DNA of 64,000 nucleotides from an uncultured virus (IMG/VR IMGVR_UViG_3300028173_000001). Its lineage: Duplodnaviria > Heunggongvirae > Uroviricota > Caudoviricetes. A model generated the notes under the pieces. That model made no database searches. It saw only the letters and a list, made by a program, of their open reading frames with translations, and had not been told where the DNA came from. The stretch lies in the IMG/VR virus record IMGVR_UViG_3300028173_000001; one strand, written 5' to 3'. Both the position numbers and the translations under genes were made by a program. Below, piece by piece: positions 15,513 to 25,669 of the stretch (the stretch's first letter is position 1; every line of letters starts with the position of its first letter).

Positions 15513-15796
15513 TGAAAAAATCAATCGTCCGTGAAATCGTCCGAATGGTGCTCCGCGAGCAACACGGTAATATGCGGTCCGTCGATACGACGCCAAACAC
15601 ATGGGACTCATTTGAAGATTTCAACATCAGCTACTACCCGCAGGATGATGAATCGTGTTTGTTGGACATTGAGTTTAGGGGAGAGAAGATTGCCCCAATG
15701 GAAAGGTACAACAATGAGCAGGATGCCCAACACCGAGCACGAATGATTGTCGACAAATATCGTGTAGAGGTAATGAATAAGTCCGAAAATGTGTAA
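15512..15796 (+). CDS. leader-family hypothetical protein
   Basis: MKKSIVREIVRMVLRE; stop in a GTGTAA. Confidence 0.65.
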   Translation: MKKSIVREIVRMVLREQHGNMRSVDTTPNTWDSFEDFNISYYPQDDESCLLDIEFRGEKIAPMERYNNEQDAQHRARMIVDKYRVEVMNKSENV

Positions 15797-15819
15797 AACG
15801 CCCATACTTGTGTTAGAAT
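15791..15819 (+). promoter_or_regulatory. degenerate early-type promoter
   Basis: GTGTAA 15791-15796, 17 bp, TAGAAT 15814-15819 with upstream TG. Confidence 0.6.
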
Positions 15820-15840
15820 GATCATAAGGATGCGTGCACT

Positions 15841-16269
15841 ATGAGTATCAGAACCAAACTTGAGACATTATTTTCCCCATTGGACATCGTGGTCCTAGAG
15901 AAGGATTTTGAAGGATTGGTTCCAAAAGACTCGGACGTTGACATTTTCCCAGAATGCTTGGCATTCGCCAGCGAAATGATTTCCGTGGGGCCGCATCCCA
16001 AAAGGAACCCATCATGCTGGCAAATATGGCAGGGTCATCAACCAGATTTACACTCACCGGCATGGAATCAAGGTGTAAGAAACCTTTTACGACTTACCGC
16101 TGAACATACGGTCACAAATATTGATAATGACCAAGATTATTTGAAAGTTCTCATTCGGGTTGAGATTTTAGTTATAAATGCAAAAGAGTTGCCAGATTTG
16201 GCATCTCACGGAGTAAAATGCGTAACAGTAAAAACACCTTTCGGCAATTTTCCAATCGACGAAAAATGA
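15841..16269 (+). CDS. hypothetical protein
   Basis: 142 aa; ATGA coupling to clpP. Confidence 0.65.
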   Translation: MSIRTKLETLFSPLDIVVLEKDFEGLVPKDSDVDIFPECLAFASEMISVGPHPKRNPSCWQIWQGHQPDLHSPAWNQGVRNLLRLTAEHTVTNIDNDQDYLKVLIRVEILVINAKELPDLASHGVKCVTVKTPFGNFPIDEK

Positions 16270-16892
16270 GTCGATATGGCATGAACGATGAGCCCGAACA
16301 CCAGCATGGCGATGTAATATTGCAAATGGGCGATGAGAAAGATCGGGCTCCCGCTGGAATCGAGGTCGAAGAAAACCATGTCTACTTCTACTGCCCAGTT
16401 ATGGAGCGAGAGGGCCTAGAGCTTGTACGGATTATCCGTCGCCTGGACATCGAGATGGAATATTTGGCTGCGCGAATTGGTTTGGAAAAGAACCCGCCGA
16501 TTCATTTGCATATCCAGAGCCCAGGAGGAGACATTTTCTCGGGACTCAATATTTGTGATGCAATCAACAGTTGCAAAACAGATGTCTACACATACATCGA
16601 GGGCTCGGCAGCATCGGCAGCGACGATGATTAGTTGTTGCGGAACAAAAAGGTTCATCACGAAGAACTCGTTCATTCTCGTGCACCAACCGCAGATTATG
16701 TTTCGTGGGAAGCACGACGAGTTTGTTGACGAAATCGAAAACCAGAAAAACGTGTATAAGGCGGTTACACAAATCTATCTCGATACAACAGCAGTGAAAG
16801 ATGCCGAGGTGCTCGACGAAATGCTCACACATGAGCTGTGGCTTACGGCCGAAAAATGTCTTGAGCTAGGGTTCGTTGACGAAATCTGCTAA
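16266..16892 (+). CDS. clpP: ClpP-family protease
   Basis: IQSPGGD, GSAASAAT (catalytic Ser), LVHQP (His), WLTAEKCLELGFVDEI. Confidence 0.85.
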   Translation: MSRYGMNDEPEHQHGDVILQMGDEKDRAPAGIEVEENHVYFYCPVMEREGLELVRIIRRLDIEMEYLAARIGLEKNPPIHLHIQSPGGDIFSGLNICDAINSCKTDVYTYIEGSAASAATMISCCGTKRFITKNSFILVHQPQIMFRGKHDEFVDEIENQKNVYKAVTQIYLDTTAVKDAEVLDEMLTHELWLTAEKCLELGFVDEIC

Positions 16893-16928
16893 GTAAATCA
16901 CCACTAACAATTTATATTTGGAGGGCAA

Positions 16929-18533
16929 ATGCCTAACCATGATTGGAAATGCTTCTTCCCACACAAAACAGTCCGGGACGAACAAACGCTTGCGATCAAC
17001 GCGATTCTAGACTCATTTGAAGGGGGCAAAAAGATTTTTGTCCTTGAAGCAGGTACAGGTGTCGGCAAATCCGCCATTGCCGTAACGGTGGGTCGATATA
17101 TAAAGGCACACTTTGGGAACTGCGGTCCTGAAACGAAGCAGGGGAGTAACATCATCACGACCCAGAAACTGTTGCAGGCTCAATATGAAAAGGACTATGT
17201 CGACATCAATTCGTTGAAATCATCGACGAATTACGGATGCGGGCACCACAAAAAGTTGTCCTGCAATGATTCTAGAAAGCTATTGAAGACTGAAGAGAAG
17301 AACACTCGGTTTTGGAAAAACTGCATGTTCAATTGCACATACAAAAAAGCAAAGGAAAAATTCATCAAGGAACCTTACGGGGTCACAAACTTCGCATATT
17401 TTCTGACTGAGACTCGGTACTCTGGTAAGATCCCGAGGACATCATTGCTTGTCATCGACGAAGCTCACAATACCCCTGATGAACTTAGCAGGTTCATTGA
17501 GGTTACGTTCTCTGACCGGTTCGCAAAATCGTTTGTTGGAATCGAGCTCCCAGAACACATCACCCCGGCAGCATTTGTCAAATGGATCACTGAAAAGTAC
17601 TATCCTGTGTTGGCAAAGAAAATCCTTGATTTCAGGATTGGTCTGGAGAAATTCACATCACTCAAATCACGGGTTGAATCGGGCGAGTTCTCGAAACTAT
17701 CTCGGCAGTTGGAGATCCTGACGGGTCATGACCTGAAGGTGCAGACATTTTTGAAACTGTATGATAAGGATAACTGGCTGATGTCAGAAATCCCAGCGGA
17801 GGAGAGGACCAGCCGGAAGGTTGAATTCAAACCGATCGATATTGCACCATATGCTCATGATTACTTGTTCAAGTTGGGCGAATACACGTTGCTAATGTCA
17901 GCAACCATTGTTGATGTTGACCGGTTCTCGCAGTTGTGCGGTATTACCGGCAAAGCTGGGTCTATAAAGATTCCGTGCCCGTTCCCAATTGAGAACCGGC
18001 CAATCATTTATTCTGGTGCCGGTAAAATGTCAGCTCGCGAGATTGACAAAACGTTGCCAAAGCTTGTCAAGACGGTGAAAGCCATCATGGACGAACACAA
18101 AAATGATAAGGGGATCATCCATTGCAGGTCGTACAAAATCGCATGGTACATCAAAAGGAACATCAGGAGCTCACGATTCCTTATCCACGACAGTTCAAAT
18201 CGTGACGAGGTTCTTCAGCAACACATCTCGTCAACGAAACCAACAATTTTGCTCTCGCCGTCAATGACTGAGGGTGTTGACCTGAAGGGTGATTTGAGTA
18301 GGTTCCAGATTGTTTGTAAGGTTCCCTTTCCATTCCTCGGCGATAAACTCATCCGTAAGAAGATGAATAAGTGGGATTGGTGGTATGATCTGCAAACCGC
18401 CAAGACAATTATTCAGTCGGTTGGGCGGTCTGTTCGAAGCGAAACTGACACCGCTGTCACATACATTTTAGACAGTTCATGGGAAAGGTTTTTCAACAAA
18501 AACAAGGCATTGTTCGGCCCAGAGTTTCTCTAA
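16929..18533 (+). CDS. DinG/XPD-like SF2 helicase
   Basis: Q motif, EAGTGVGKS, Cys cluster, DEAH, MSAT, EGVD, QSVGRSVR. Confidence 0.85.
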   Translation: MPNHDWKCFFPHKTVRDEQTLAINAILDSFEGGKKIFVLEAGTGVGKSAIAVTVGRYIKAHFGNCGPETKQGSNIITTQKLLQAQYEKDYVDINSLKSSTNYGCGHHKKLSCNDSRKLLKTEEKNTRFWKNCMFNCTYKKAKEKFIKEPYGVTNFAYFLTETRYSGKIPRTSLLVIDEAHNTPDELSRFIEVTFSDRFAKSFVGIELPEHITPAAFVKWITEKYYPVLAKKILDFRIGLEKFTSLKSRVESGEFSKLSRQLEILTGHDLKVQTFLKLYDKDNWLMSEIPAEERTSRKVEFKPIDIAPYAHDYLFKLGEYTLLMSATIVDVDRFSQLCGITGKAGSIKIPCPFPIENRPIIYSGAGKMSAREIDKTLPKLVKTVKAIMDEHKNDKGIIHCRSYKIAWYIKRNIRSSRFLIHDSSNRDEVLQQHISSTKPTILLSPSMTEGVDLKGDLSRFQIVCKVPFPFLGDKLIRKKMNKWDWWYDLQTAKTIIQSVGRSVRSETDTAVTYILDSSWERFFNKNKALFGPEFL

Positions 18534-18582
18534 TCGACGATTGTAATATAATGATCTAGGATACCTATATCCTGGAGATTAT

Positions 18583-19752
18583 ATGTCAGTTTTCTCACAT
18601 CACAAGACGATTGCCGACCGGTCTGCATCAGATCGTAAGCGCCATAAACAAAAAATTGAAAAAGCAATACGTGAAGGAATTCATGATATTGTTGCCGATG
18701 AATCTATTATCGGCCAAGATGGTAAGAAGAAATTCCGCATTCCCGTGAAGGGAATCAAGGAGTACCGCTTTGTTTATGGCTCAAACGAGCAAAACAAAAA
18801 AGTCGGTTCGGCTCCCGGGCGTGATCTTGATCGCAAACAAATCATCAAAAGAAAGGATGGTAAGAAAGGGGAAGGCCAGAAGGCCGGAAATAAGGCCGGT
18901 GATGATGTTTACGAGGTTGAAATTACCCTTGACGAACTTGCCAAGTACCTATTTGATGAACTTGAACTTCCAGATTTGGAACGTAAAGCCCTTGTAAAAA
19001 TCAAATCGGATCGTCTCAAGCGTTCTGGTTACCGCCCACAAGGCATAATTCCTCGCCTAGACAAGAAAAAGTCTGCGATCAACCGAATCAAAAGGTTGAA
19101 AGCTCAAGAGCGCCGCAAAAATGATGGCGAAGATGAAGAAGAGAAGAGCACATCGTTTCATGACGGTGACTTGGTCTACCGAAACTACAAAAACAAATCC
19201 AAAGAGAGCACCAACGCCGTAATCGTTATGATGATGGACGTCTCTGGGTCGATGTCGAAGAAAAAGAAATTCCTTGCACGGAGCTTTTTCTTCCTGTTGT
19301 ACCAGTTTATTCGTTCAAAGTATGACTCTGTTGAAATCGTTTTCATTGCCCACGATGCTGAAGCTCGTGAGGTAAACGAAGAGCAGTTCTTTTCTCGAAG
19401 GTCCAGCGGCGGAACAGTTGTCTCAACCGCATACCAACTTGCAATGGAAATCATAGAAAAAAGGTTTCATCCTTCGTTGTGGAACGTCTACACTTTCCAT
19501 TGTTCAGATGGCGACAATTTTGGGTATGATACAAACGACATGCTCACCGCCGGCGAGAAGCTAAAAAATGTTAGCCAGCTTTTCGGATACTGTGAAATTG
19601 CCCCTGACGATGAGATGTCATGGGCAAGTGATGACAGGTTGTCAAAACACCTTGCAACAATCGCTTCAAGTAATATGAAGCTCGTTGAAATTGCATCGAA
19701 AGAAGATGTATGGCCGGCGTTCAAGGTCATGTTTGGAAACAGGGGAGCATAA
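18583..19752 (+). CDS. yeaH: YeaH/YhbH (DUF444) vWA protein
   Basis: DRKRHKQKI, MMDVSGSM MIDAS, SGGTVVS, SDGDN. Confidence 0.9.
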   Translation: MSVFSHHKTIADRSASDRKRHKQKIEKAIREGIHDIVADESIIGQDGKKKFRIPVKGIKEYRFVYGSNEQNKKVGSAPGRDLDRKQIIKRKDGKKGEGQKAGNKAGDDVYEVEITLDELAKYLFDELELPDLERKALVKIKSDRLKRSGYRPQGIIPRLDKKKSAINRIKRLKAQERRKNDGEDEEEKSTSFHDGDLVYRNYKNKSKESTNAVIVMMMDVSGSMSKKKKFLARSFFFLLYQFIRSKYDSVEIVFIAHDAEAREVNEEQFFSRRSSGGTVVSTAYQLAMEIIEKRFHPSLWNVYTFHCSDGDNFGYDTNDMLTAGEKLKNVSQLFGYCEIAPDDEMSWASDDRLSKHLATIASSNMKLVEIASKEDVWPAFKVMFGNRGA

Positions 19753-19753
19753 T

Positions 19754-21055
19754 ATGACATGGGCAATTGAAGACCTACAAATGTGGGACGAGAAAATCAA
19801 AAAGATCGCTGAAGGTTATGGATTAGATTGGTACCCGATCAATTATGAAATCTGTGATTACTACTCGATGATTGGCCACATGTCATATCATGGTATGCCG
19901 ACGCATTATGATCATTGGTCATATGGAAAATCGTTTGAGAGAACACACCAATCGTACAATGCAGGAGTGTCAGGTCTTCCATACGAGCTCATCATCAACT
20001 CAAACCCATCGATTGCATACCTGATGCGCGAGAACCCGCTATATTTGCAGATCCTTATTATGGCACACTGCGTAGGACATAGCGACTTCTTCAAAAACAA
20101 CAGAATGTTTGCTTCAACCCGAGCTGACTCAGTCATCGGACGATTTCGTGCAGCAAAAAAGAGAATCAAGGAATATGTTGAGGATCCGAGAATCGGTATT
20201 GATCGTGTGGAAGCAGTAATCGATTCATGTCATGCATTACAGTATCAAATCAACAGAACCGGAGCTGAGCGACGGTCGCATAAAGAAATGGTCGAGTGGT
20301 ATCGTTCGCTCGCCGAGAAGGGTGAAGATGGGTGCTATATTGTTTACGACATCGATGTTATTCCTCTAGAACCTGATCCTGATGTCCTGGGCTTCATCGC
20401 TGAGCATGGGAAAATGCCCGATTGGAAACGTGACATTATTGAGGTTGTGCGAGACGAATCGTGTTACTTTATGCCCCAGATTCAAACGAAAATCATGAAT
20501 GAGGGTTGGGCTAGTTTTTGGCACTATACAATCTGTCACGATTTAGAGCTGGATTCAGAGTACCACCTTCCAATACTGAAATCACACAACGGAGTAATTC
20601 GGCCGCATATCGGTGGATTGAACCCTTACCATCTTGGTTTCAAGATTTTCCAGGACATCAAAGAGCGTTTTGGTTTGGAAGAATGTTTCGTTGCCAGGGA
20701 ATCACTGAACGATGTTTCTTTCATTAGGCAGTACCTCACACATGATCTGGCGATGGATCTTGGACTCTTCAGTTGGAGTGAAAAGAAATATGCTTGGTCA
20801 ATTGATGACATCTCAGACAAAGATGGCTGGAAGAAAGTCAGAGAGGCATTGTGTCGTTCAATCGGTGCGGCCGGAATTCCAGTTATTAAGGTTGATCTTT
20901 TGGAAGATAACGGCACGTTGATTTTACATCATGAGCATGACGGAAGAGATCTAGAGCTGGAATATGCCGACAAAACAATCCAGCACGTCAAGTCATTATG
21001 GGGAAATAACATAGAATTCCACACGATGATCGAGGGTGATGCTTGGGATATTTGA
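19754..21055 (+). CDS. spoVR: SpoVR/YcgB family protein
   Basis: HWSYGK, YELIINSNP, MAHCVGHSDFFKNN, TKIMNEGWASFWH, NPYHLG. Confidence 0.92.
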   Translation: MTWAIEDLQMWDEKIKKIAEGYGLDWYPINYEICDYYSMIGHMSYHGMPTHYDHWSYGKSFERTHQSYNAGVSGLPYELIINSNPSIAYLMRENPLYLQILIMAHCVGHSDFFKNNRMFASTRADSVIGRFRAAKKRIKEYVEDPRIGIDRVEAVIDSCHALQYQINRTGAERRSHKEMVEWYRSLAEKGEDGCYIVYDIDVIPLEPDPDVLGFIAEHGKMPDWKRDIIEVVRDESCYFMPQIQTKIMNEGWASFWHYTICHDLELDSEYHLPILKSHNGVIRPHIGGLNPYHLGFKIFQDIKERFGLEECFVARESLNDVSFIRQYLTHDLAMDLGLFSWSEKKYAWSIDDISDKDGWKKVREALCRSIGAAGIPVIKVDLLEDNGTLILHHEHDGRDLELEYADKTIQHVKSLWGNNIEFHTMIEGDAWDI

Positions 21056-21113
21056 ACGAATAGGTTTATAAACCAAGAGACATGGTTATAGTCAAAATTA
21101 TACAGGGGAATTT

Positions 21114-23051
21114 ATGAGCAAAAATGTAAAGAGTCTTTTGGCAGCGATCAAAAGTCAGCGTGTAAAAAGCAAGGCGGTACAGAAGTTTTCAGGAACTTTC
21201 GCAGATTACATCAAGCTGTTGGAAGAAAATCCACATCTTGCCAAGACGGCACAACGTCGTTTGTATGAAGCACTCTCTGGCCCAGGCGTTAAAAAAATGC
21301 CTGATAGTGACCCAAGAAAAAACAGGATTTTCGACGGTGACGCAATCAAGGTCTACGACTACTTCGAGCCGCATTTTTTCGGGATGGAGCGTGTCATTGA
21401 AAATGTGATGGCATTCCTACACTCAGCAGCTCATCGTGGTGAAGAATCACGCCAGGTACTTCTGCTTATGGGCCCTGTTGGTGCCGGCAAGTCTGCGTTG
21501 GTTGAGCACATCAAAGCCTCAATTGAGGGCGAGAAATACTTTTACCTGAAGAATGACCCACACCGCGGCGAACCACTCCAGTTGATCCCACGTAGCTTGC
21601 GTGAGACATTTGAGAAGGCCCTGAACGTAAAAATCGATGGTGACATCAGCCCAGTCGCTCGTCATAAGCTTCTCAAGGAACTCGGTGGCGAATATGAAAA
21701 CTTCGAAATTGAAGAAACGACGTTCTCACAACGAGGCCGCCGAGGAATCGCATCAGTTCCCCCAATGGATGCCAACAGTCAGGATGTATCGGTGCTCATC
21801 GGCTCAGTTGACATTTCCAAATTAGACAAATACGCTGAGGATGATCCTAGGGCGCTGTCTTTGAATGGTGCATTCAATGTTGGTAACCGTGGAATTGTTG
21901 AGTTGGTCGAGGTTTTCAAGAATGAAATTGAGTTCCTCCACACAATCATCACGGCAACACAGGAAAAGCGAATTCCATCGCCGGGCAAGAACGATATGCT
22001 CCATTTCGATGGTGTTATCTTGGCTCACTGTAATGAAGCTGAGTGGAATCGATTCCAGTCGGAGCATACGAATGAAGCAATCATCGACCGTGTCGTAAAG
22101 ATTGATGTTCCATACTGTCTCGAATTGAATCAGGAAATAAAGATTTACGAGAAAATGCTCGGCCTGTCTGATTTTGACGCCCACATTGCTCCACATACAT
22201 TGCGTGTTGCCTCGATGTTCAGTGTTATGTCCCGCCTGAAGGCTTCGGCTAAATGCGACCCGGTTACCAAGATGAAAATCTACAACGGTGAAGAGGTTGT
22301 TGAGAAAGGCCGCGTCAAGAAGGTTGATCTCCGTGACTTGAAGGAAGAGGCCCGTCATGAAGGCATGAGCGGAATTTCCACACGGTTCATCACGAAGGCA
22401 ATCGACATGGCACTCGTTCGTAGTGACAAGAATATGATTACACCGGTTTCGCTGATTGAGTCGCTGACAGCTTGTGTAAAAGAGCAGATTGCTGATGAGG
22501 AATTCAAATACTCTTGCCTTGAGCTTATCCAGAAGGTTGTCCGCGAAGAATACCTGAAAATCCTCGATACGGAGATTGCAAAGGCATTCATCGCGGCATA
22601 TGAGGAGCAGGCTCAGGCATTGTTTGATAGCTATCTTGACAATGCTGAAGCTTACACGACCCACCAACGAATGCGTGACCGTATTACACAAGAAGAGCGG
22701 AAGCCTGATGAGAAATTCATGACGTCCATCGAGGAGCAAATCGGTATCACCGGGAGTGCTCGTGATGGTTTCAGAAGTGATGTGACGGCTTACATGTTTG
22801 CCAAGATGCGTCGTGGTGAGAAGGTGAATTTCAAGGCCTATGAGCCATTGAAGGAAGCTATCGAATCATACCTTATCAACTCTGTCCGTGACATCTCAAG
22901 AATTGTGACGAAGTCGAAGACACGCGACAAGGACCAGCAGAAGAAATACGGCGAGATGGTTGGTGTGATGATCAAGGAATACGGTTACAACGAAGACAGT
23001 GCCGAAGAAATCTTGACATATGCTTCTAACAACCTATGGCGTGATTCGTAA
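21114..23051 (+). CDS. prkA: PrkA/YeaG AAA-family protein
   Basis: LLMGPVGAGKS, GNRGIVELVEVFK, NEAIIDR, EGMSGISTRF, YGYNEDSA. Confidence 0.92.
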   Translation: MSKNVKSLLAAIKSQRVKSKAVQKFSGTFADYIKLLEENPHLAKTAQRRLYEALSGPGVKKMPDSDPRKNRIFDGDAIKVYDYFEPHFFGMERVIENVMAFLHSAAHRGEESRQVLLLMGPVGAGKSALVEHIKASIEGEKYFYLKNDPHRGEPLQLIPRSLRETFEKALNVKIDGDISPVARHKLLKELGGEYENFEIEETTFSQRGRRGIASVPPMDANSQDVSVLIGSVDISKLDKYAEDDPRALSLNGAFNVGNRGIVELVEVFKNEIEFLHTIITATQEKRIPSPGKNDMLHFDGVILAHCNEAEWNRFQSEHTNEAIIDRVVKIDVPYCLELNQEIKIYEKMLGLSDFDAHIAPHTLRVASMFSVMSRLKASAKCDPVTKMKIYNGEEVVEKGRVKKVDLRDLKEEARHEGMSGISTRFITKAIDMALVRSDKNMITPVSLIESLTACVKEQIADEEFKYSCLELIQKVVREEYLKILDTEIAKAFIAAYEEQAQALFDSYLDNAEAYTTHQRMRDRITQEERKPDEKFMTSIEEQIGITGSARDGFRSDVTAYMFAKMRRGEKVNFKAYEPLKEAIESYLINSVRDISRIVTKSKTRDKDQQKKYGEMVGVMIKEYGYNEDSAEEILTYASNNLWRDS

Positions 23052-23302
23052 TGAAAGGCAAAATGTCAGAGGTCCTTGTAATTTGTGGGGCGTATTTATA
23101 CACCCATGAAGCGTGGCTAGGATGTATCTTGCTAATTTTGGGTGCGCTGTGCGGGTTCGTTCGATTCGCATTGGAAGCCGAGGACAAGAAAGTCAAGAAT
23201 GACATAATCCTGGGATTTCATAACATCGTCGCAAGCATCAGTCGGGCCGCCAACTCATTGGAAAATCAAAAAGGTCATGAGAAACAACAGACAGTCCACT
23301 AG
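23051..23302 (+). CDS. small membrane protein
   Basis: Hydrophobic N-terminus; TAATG coupling. Confidence 0.6.
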   Translation: MKGKMSEVLVICGAYLYTHEAWLGCILLILGALCGFVRFALEAEDKKVKNDIILGFHNIVASISRAANSLENQKGHEKQQTVH

Positions 23303-24434
23303 CGCTTGTATCAACCAGAAAGAGATAAAAAAATCGATAGAGATTGCCCGCCAAGAATTGGGGCAGATTTGCGATGATATTTTTGGTGGCAAAATTGCCT
23401 TGAATTATGATGGGAAGGTCTGCACCGCGGTTCCGCTGGACTTCCACCGGTGTCTCTCACGTTGGCCCCAGACGTCCCGAAGCAGTGTGGCAATAAGAAA
23501 CACCATCCTAAGCTGTTTGTATTCAACAGAGGTCAACCTGGGTGGCTCAGGACTCATCTCCTGCCTCTTGTGGACGGGCAGAATTTCACTGGATGATGTC
23601 AAAGGCAAGAAAAGGCAAGGATCGTATGCACTTGCAGGCGATGTTGATGAAATTATCTCATCATGGTCAAGAGATGGAATGTCAGGAACCATCGCAAAAA
23701 AGCTGATACAAATGGGTGCCTGCGGAAGCCATGTTAGCCTGGTCGAAGGAAATCATTTCGGAACGGTTGTCAAGGTCGTCTCCGGTGAAGAGATTTTTGG
23801 AAGTATTGACCCGCTATTCAACAGTCGAGCTGACGTGCCCAACGAGAGCGGCGACTTTTATGGAGTTGCCATCGATGGTATTGTTGAAAGCGTCGCACAA
23901 ATTCACAAAATGCTCGATGCCGCTGGGAATAATGGAATCGTAATCGCAGCACGAGGCTTTCTTCCTGATGTATCGAATACATTGCTTGAGAACTGGCTGT
24001 CAGGGAAACTCAAAGTCATCCCGTTTGTAATATCGGACTGGGGCAACAGGAATTTTTTAGATTTGGTCGAGTCTGGATTCGAGTGCGTTTCTTATGCAAT
24101 GGGTAACGAAATCAGGAAGGCACGACTGCAAAGGCTCATCAAAATGAGCATTGACACCGACCGAATCACATATCAGGCTGTCAAGAATACAAAATCGAAA
24201 ATGTCAGTTTCGTTCGGGATGGATTTGGGTTCCCTGAAAGGTATTTCAATCGACAGAACAAAAACGCTCTTGGCATTAGGTCGGTTCGCGGCGAGGTCTG
24301 GCATCACGAAATTTGATGTGAATGATTGTCAGCTCACCGTACCACATTCGTCAGTAATTGTTGGCACCAGAGCCAAAGACAGTATGGACAACATTTTACA
24401 AAGTATGGGTGGAGTCATCACATCAAACAGATAA
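23277..24434 (+). CDS. degenerate GroEL/Cpn60-like protein
   Basis: IDGIVESVAQIHKMLD...IVIAARGF..DVSNTLLENWLSGKLKVIP resembles the GroEL apical domain; no GDGTT motif. Confidence 0.55.
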   Translation: MRNNRQSTSACINQKEIKKSIEIARQELGQICDDIFGGKIALNYDGKVCTAVPLDFHRCLSRWPQTSRSSVAIRNTILSCLYSTEVNLGGSGLISCLLWTGRISLDDVKGKKRQGSYALAGDVDEIISSWSRDGMSGTIAKKLIQMGACGSHVSLVEGNHFGTVVKVVSGEEIFGSIDPLFNSRADVPNESGDFYGVAIDGIVESVAQIHKMLDAAGNNGIVIAARGFLPDVSNTLLENWLSGKLKVIPFVISDWGNRNFLDLVESGFECVSYAMGNEIRKARLQRLIKMSIDTDRITYQAVKNTKSKMSVSFGMDLGSLKGISIDRTKTLLALGRFAARSGITKFDVNDCQLTVPHSSVIVGTRAKDSMDNILQSMGGVITSNR

Positions 24435-24444
24435 TGGAGGAAAA

Positions 24445-24657
24445 ATGTCAAACAAAGTATCAGAGGGTAAAATCTGTCGGTCGATTATCGATAGGCACGA
24501 CGTCATGAAAAATCAAATTTTGAATGCGCTGTTGGAACAACTACCAGAAGGAATATCATACGACGAGAAAGTGTCTTTACAGAATGCTGTGGCGCATGTG
24601 TTCGATGTTCATACAAGCGGACTTCTAACCAATGTGTCAAAACAGTTTGCAGGCTGA
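24445..24657 (+). CDS. hypothetical protein
   Basis: GGAGG RBS. Confidence 0.65.
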   Translation: MSNKVSEGKICRSIIDRHDVMKNQILNALLEQLPEGISYDEKVSLQNAVAHVFDVHTSGLLTNVSKQFAG

Positions 24658-24660
24658 CAA

Positions 24661-25122
24661 ATGCAGGGTTATAAGCACCTGATTGAATGTCATTGTGTTC
24701 TTCCGCAATTCAGAAATAAAAAAGATGTGGTGTACCATAAATTCACTGCATTCTCAATTATCGACGACAGCGACACGGTAATTTCATCGTTAGCACAATG
24801 CAATAGTTGCGGAACGGTACATAAAATCATCGACATTTGTAAGTCAGAAATAATGACTGGGAAAGATGAATCTCGAGCAATCGAGCTGAAAGAGGACATC
24901 AGCATGTCGCTTCCATCATCACTCGTCGAGCTTTTTGCGAATTACAAATTGGATTTGCCAGACTATCAGCATGCCAGGTTCATTTTAGAGAACAAAATGT
25001 GGGATGCAACCATTGTCTTGACAGTCGATGCAGAGGGTGATCAGCAGGAAGGTAAGGTCTTGCGGTTCATATCAGAAGAAAGGTTTCGTGTTGAACCCTT
25101 TTCTAGGACAGAATCGGTCTGA
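24661..25122 (+). CDS. Zn-ribbon hypothetical protein
   Basis: ECHC ... QCNSCG. Confidence 0.7.
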   Translation: MQGYKHLIECHCVLPQFRNKKDVVYHKFTAFSIIDDSDTVISSLAQCNSCGTVHKIIDICKSEIMTGKDESRAIELKEDISMSLPSSLVELFANYKLDLPDYQHARFILENKMWDATIVLTVDAEGDQQEGKVLRFISEERFRVEPFSRTESV

Positions 25123-25132
25123 GGTGGAAATT

Positions 25133-25399
25133 ATGAAAAACCAGGAAGAAAAACCAGAGCTGACGAGAGCTGAAAAGAATGATGTTTTGCATCGAATCAA
25201 ATCACGAGAAATTGTGTCAGAGATTTTGAACTTTGGTGTTAGTCAATCGCAAATCCTTTACATTATACGGCTGTTGTCGTTAGAATTAGAGGACGCGGAG
25301 CTAATGCAATGTTTGAATGATGTAATTCGAGAAAGCGAAAGGTTCGCAGTTGAGGGAAATGCCGATCTAGAAAGTGGGCAGACGAAAATATACACATAG
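25133..25399 (+). CDS. hypothetical protein
   Basis: GAGGTGG RBS. Confidence 0.65.
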   Translation: MKNQEEKPELTRAEKNDVLHRIKSREIVSEILNFGVSQSQILYIIRLLSLELEDAELMQCLNDVIRESERFAVEGNADLESGQTKIYT

Positions 25400-25408
25400 G
25401 AGTGTGAA

Positions 25409-25618
25409 ATGAGTGAGAGTACAGAAGGAACTATTTTAGAGGCATGGGGCGAAGTTAAGGCACTGATCAACGAGGCTGAGGTCGACGTTCTCAAGAACGC
25501 CAACGGAAACTCGGCAGCAGGAGTTCGCGCTCGTCGTGCCCTTCGCTTGCTAAAGGGCAAAACTGCGCAGCTAGTCAAGTTGACTATCTCTGAGGACAAA
25601 AACCGAAAGTCCAACTGA
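25409..25618 (+). CDS. Hc1 / histone H1-like small DNA-binding protein
   Basis: GNSAAGVRARRALRLLK matches the GNKAAGxRARK motif of Hc1-like proteins. Confidence 0.75.
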   Translation: MSESTEGTILEAWGEVKALINEAEVDVLKNANGNSAAGVRARRALRLLKGKTAQLVKLTISEDKNRKSN

Positions 25619-25641
25619 GCTAAAATATAGCTATTTGAACT

Positions 25642-25667
25642 GGGTCGGGCTTATGCTCGGCCCTTTT
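25642..25667 (+). terminator. intrinsic terminator
   Basis: GGGTCGGGC-TTAT-GCTCGGCCC-TTTT between convergent genes. Confidence 0.8.
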
Positions 25668-25669
25668 CA

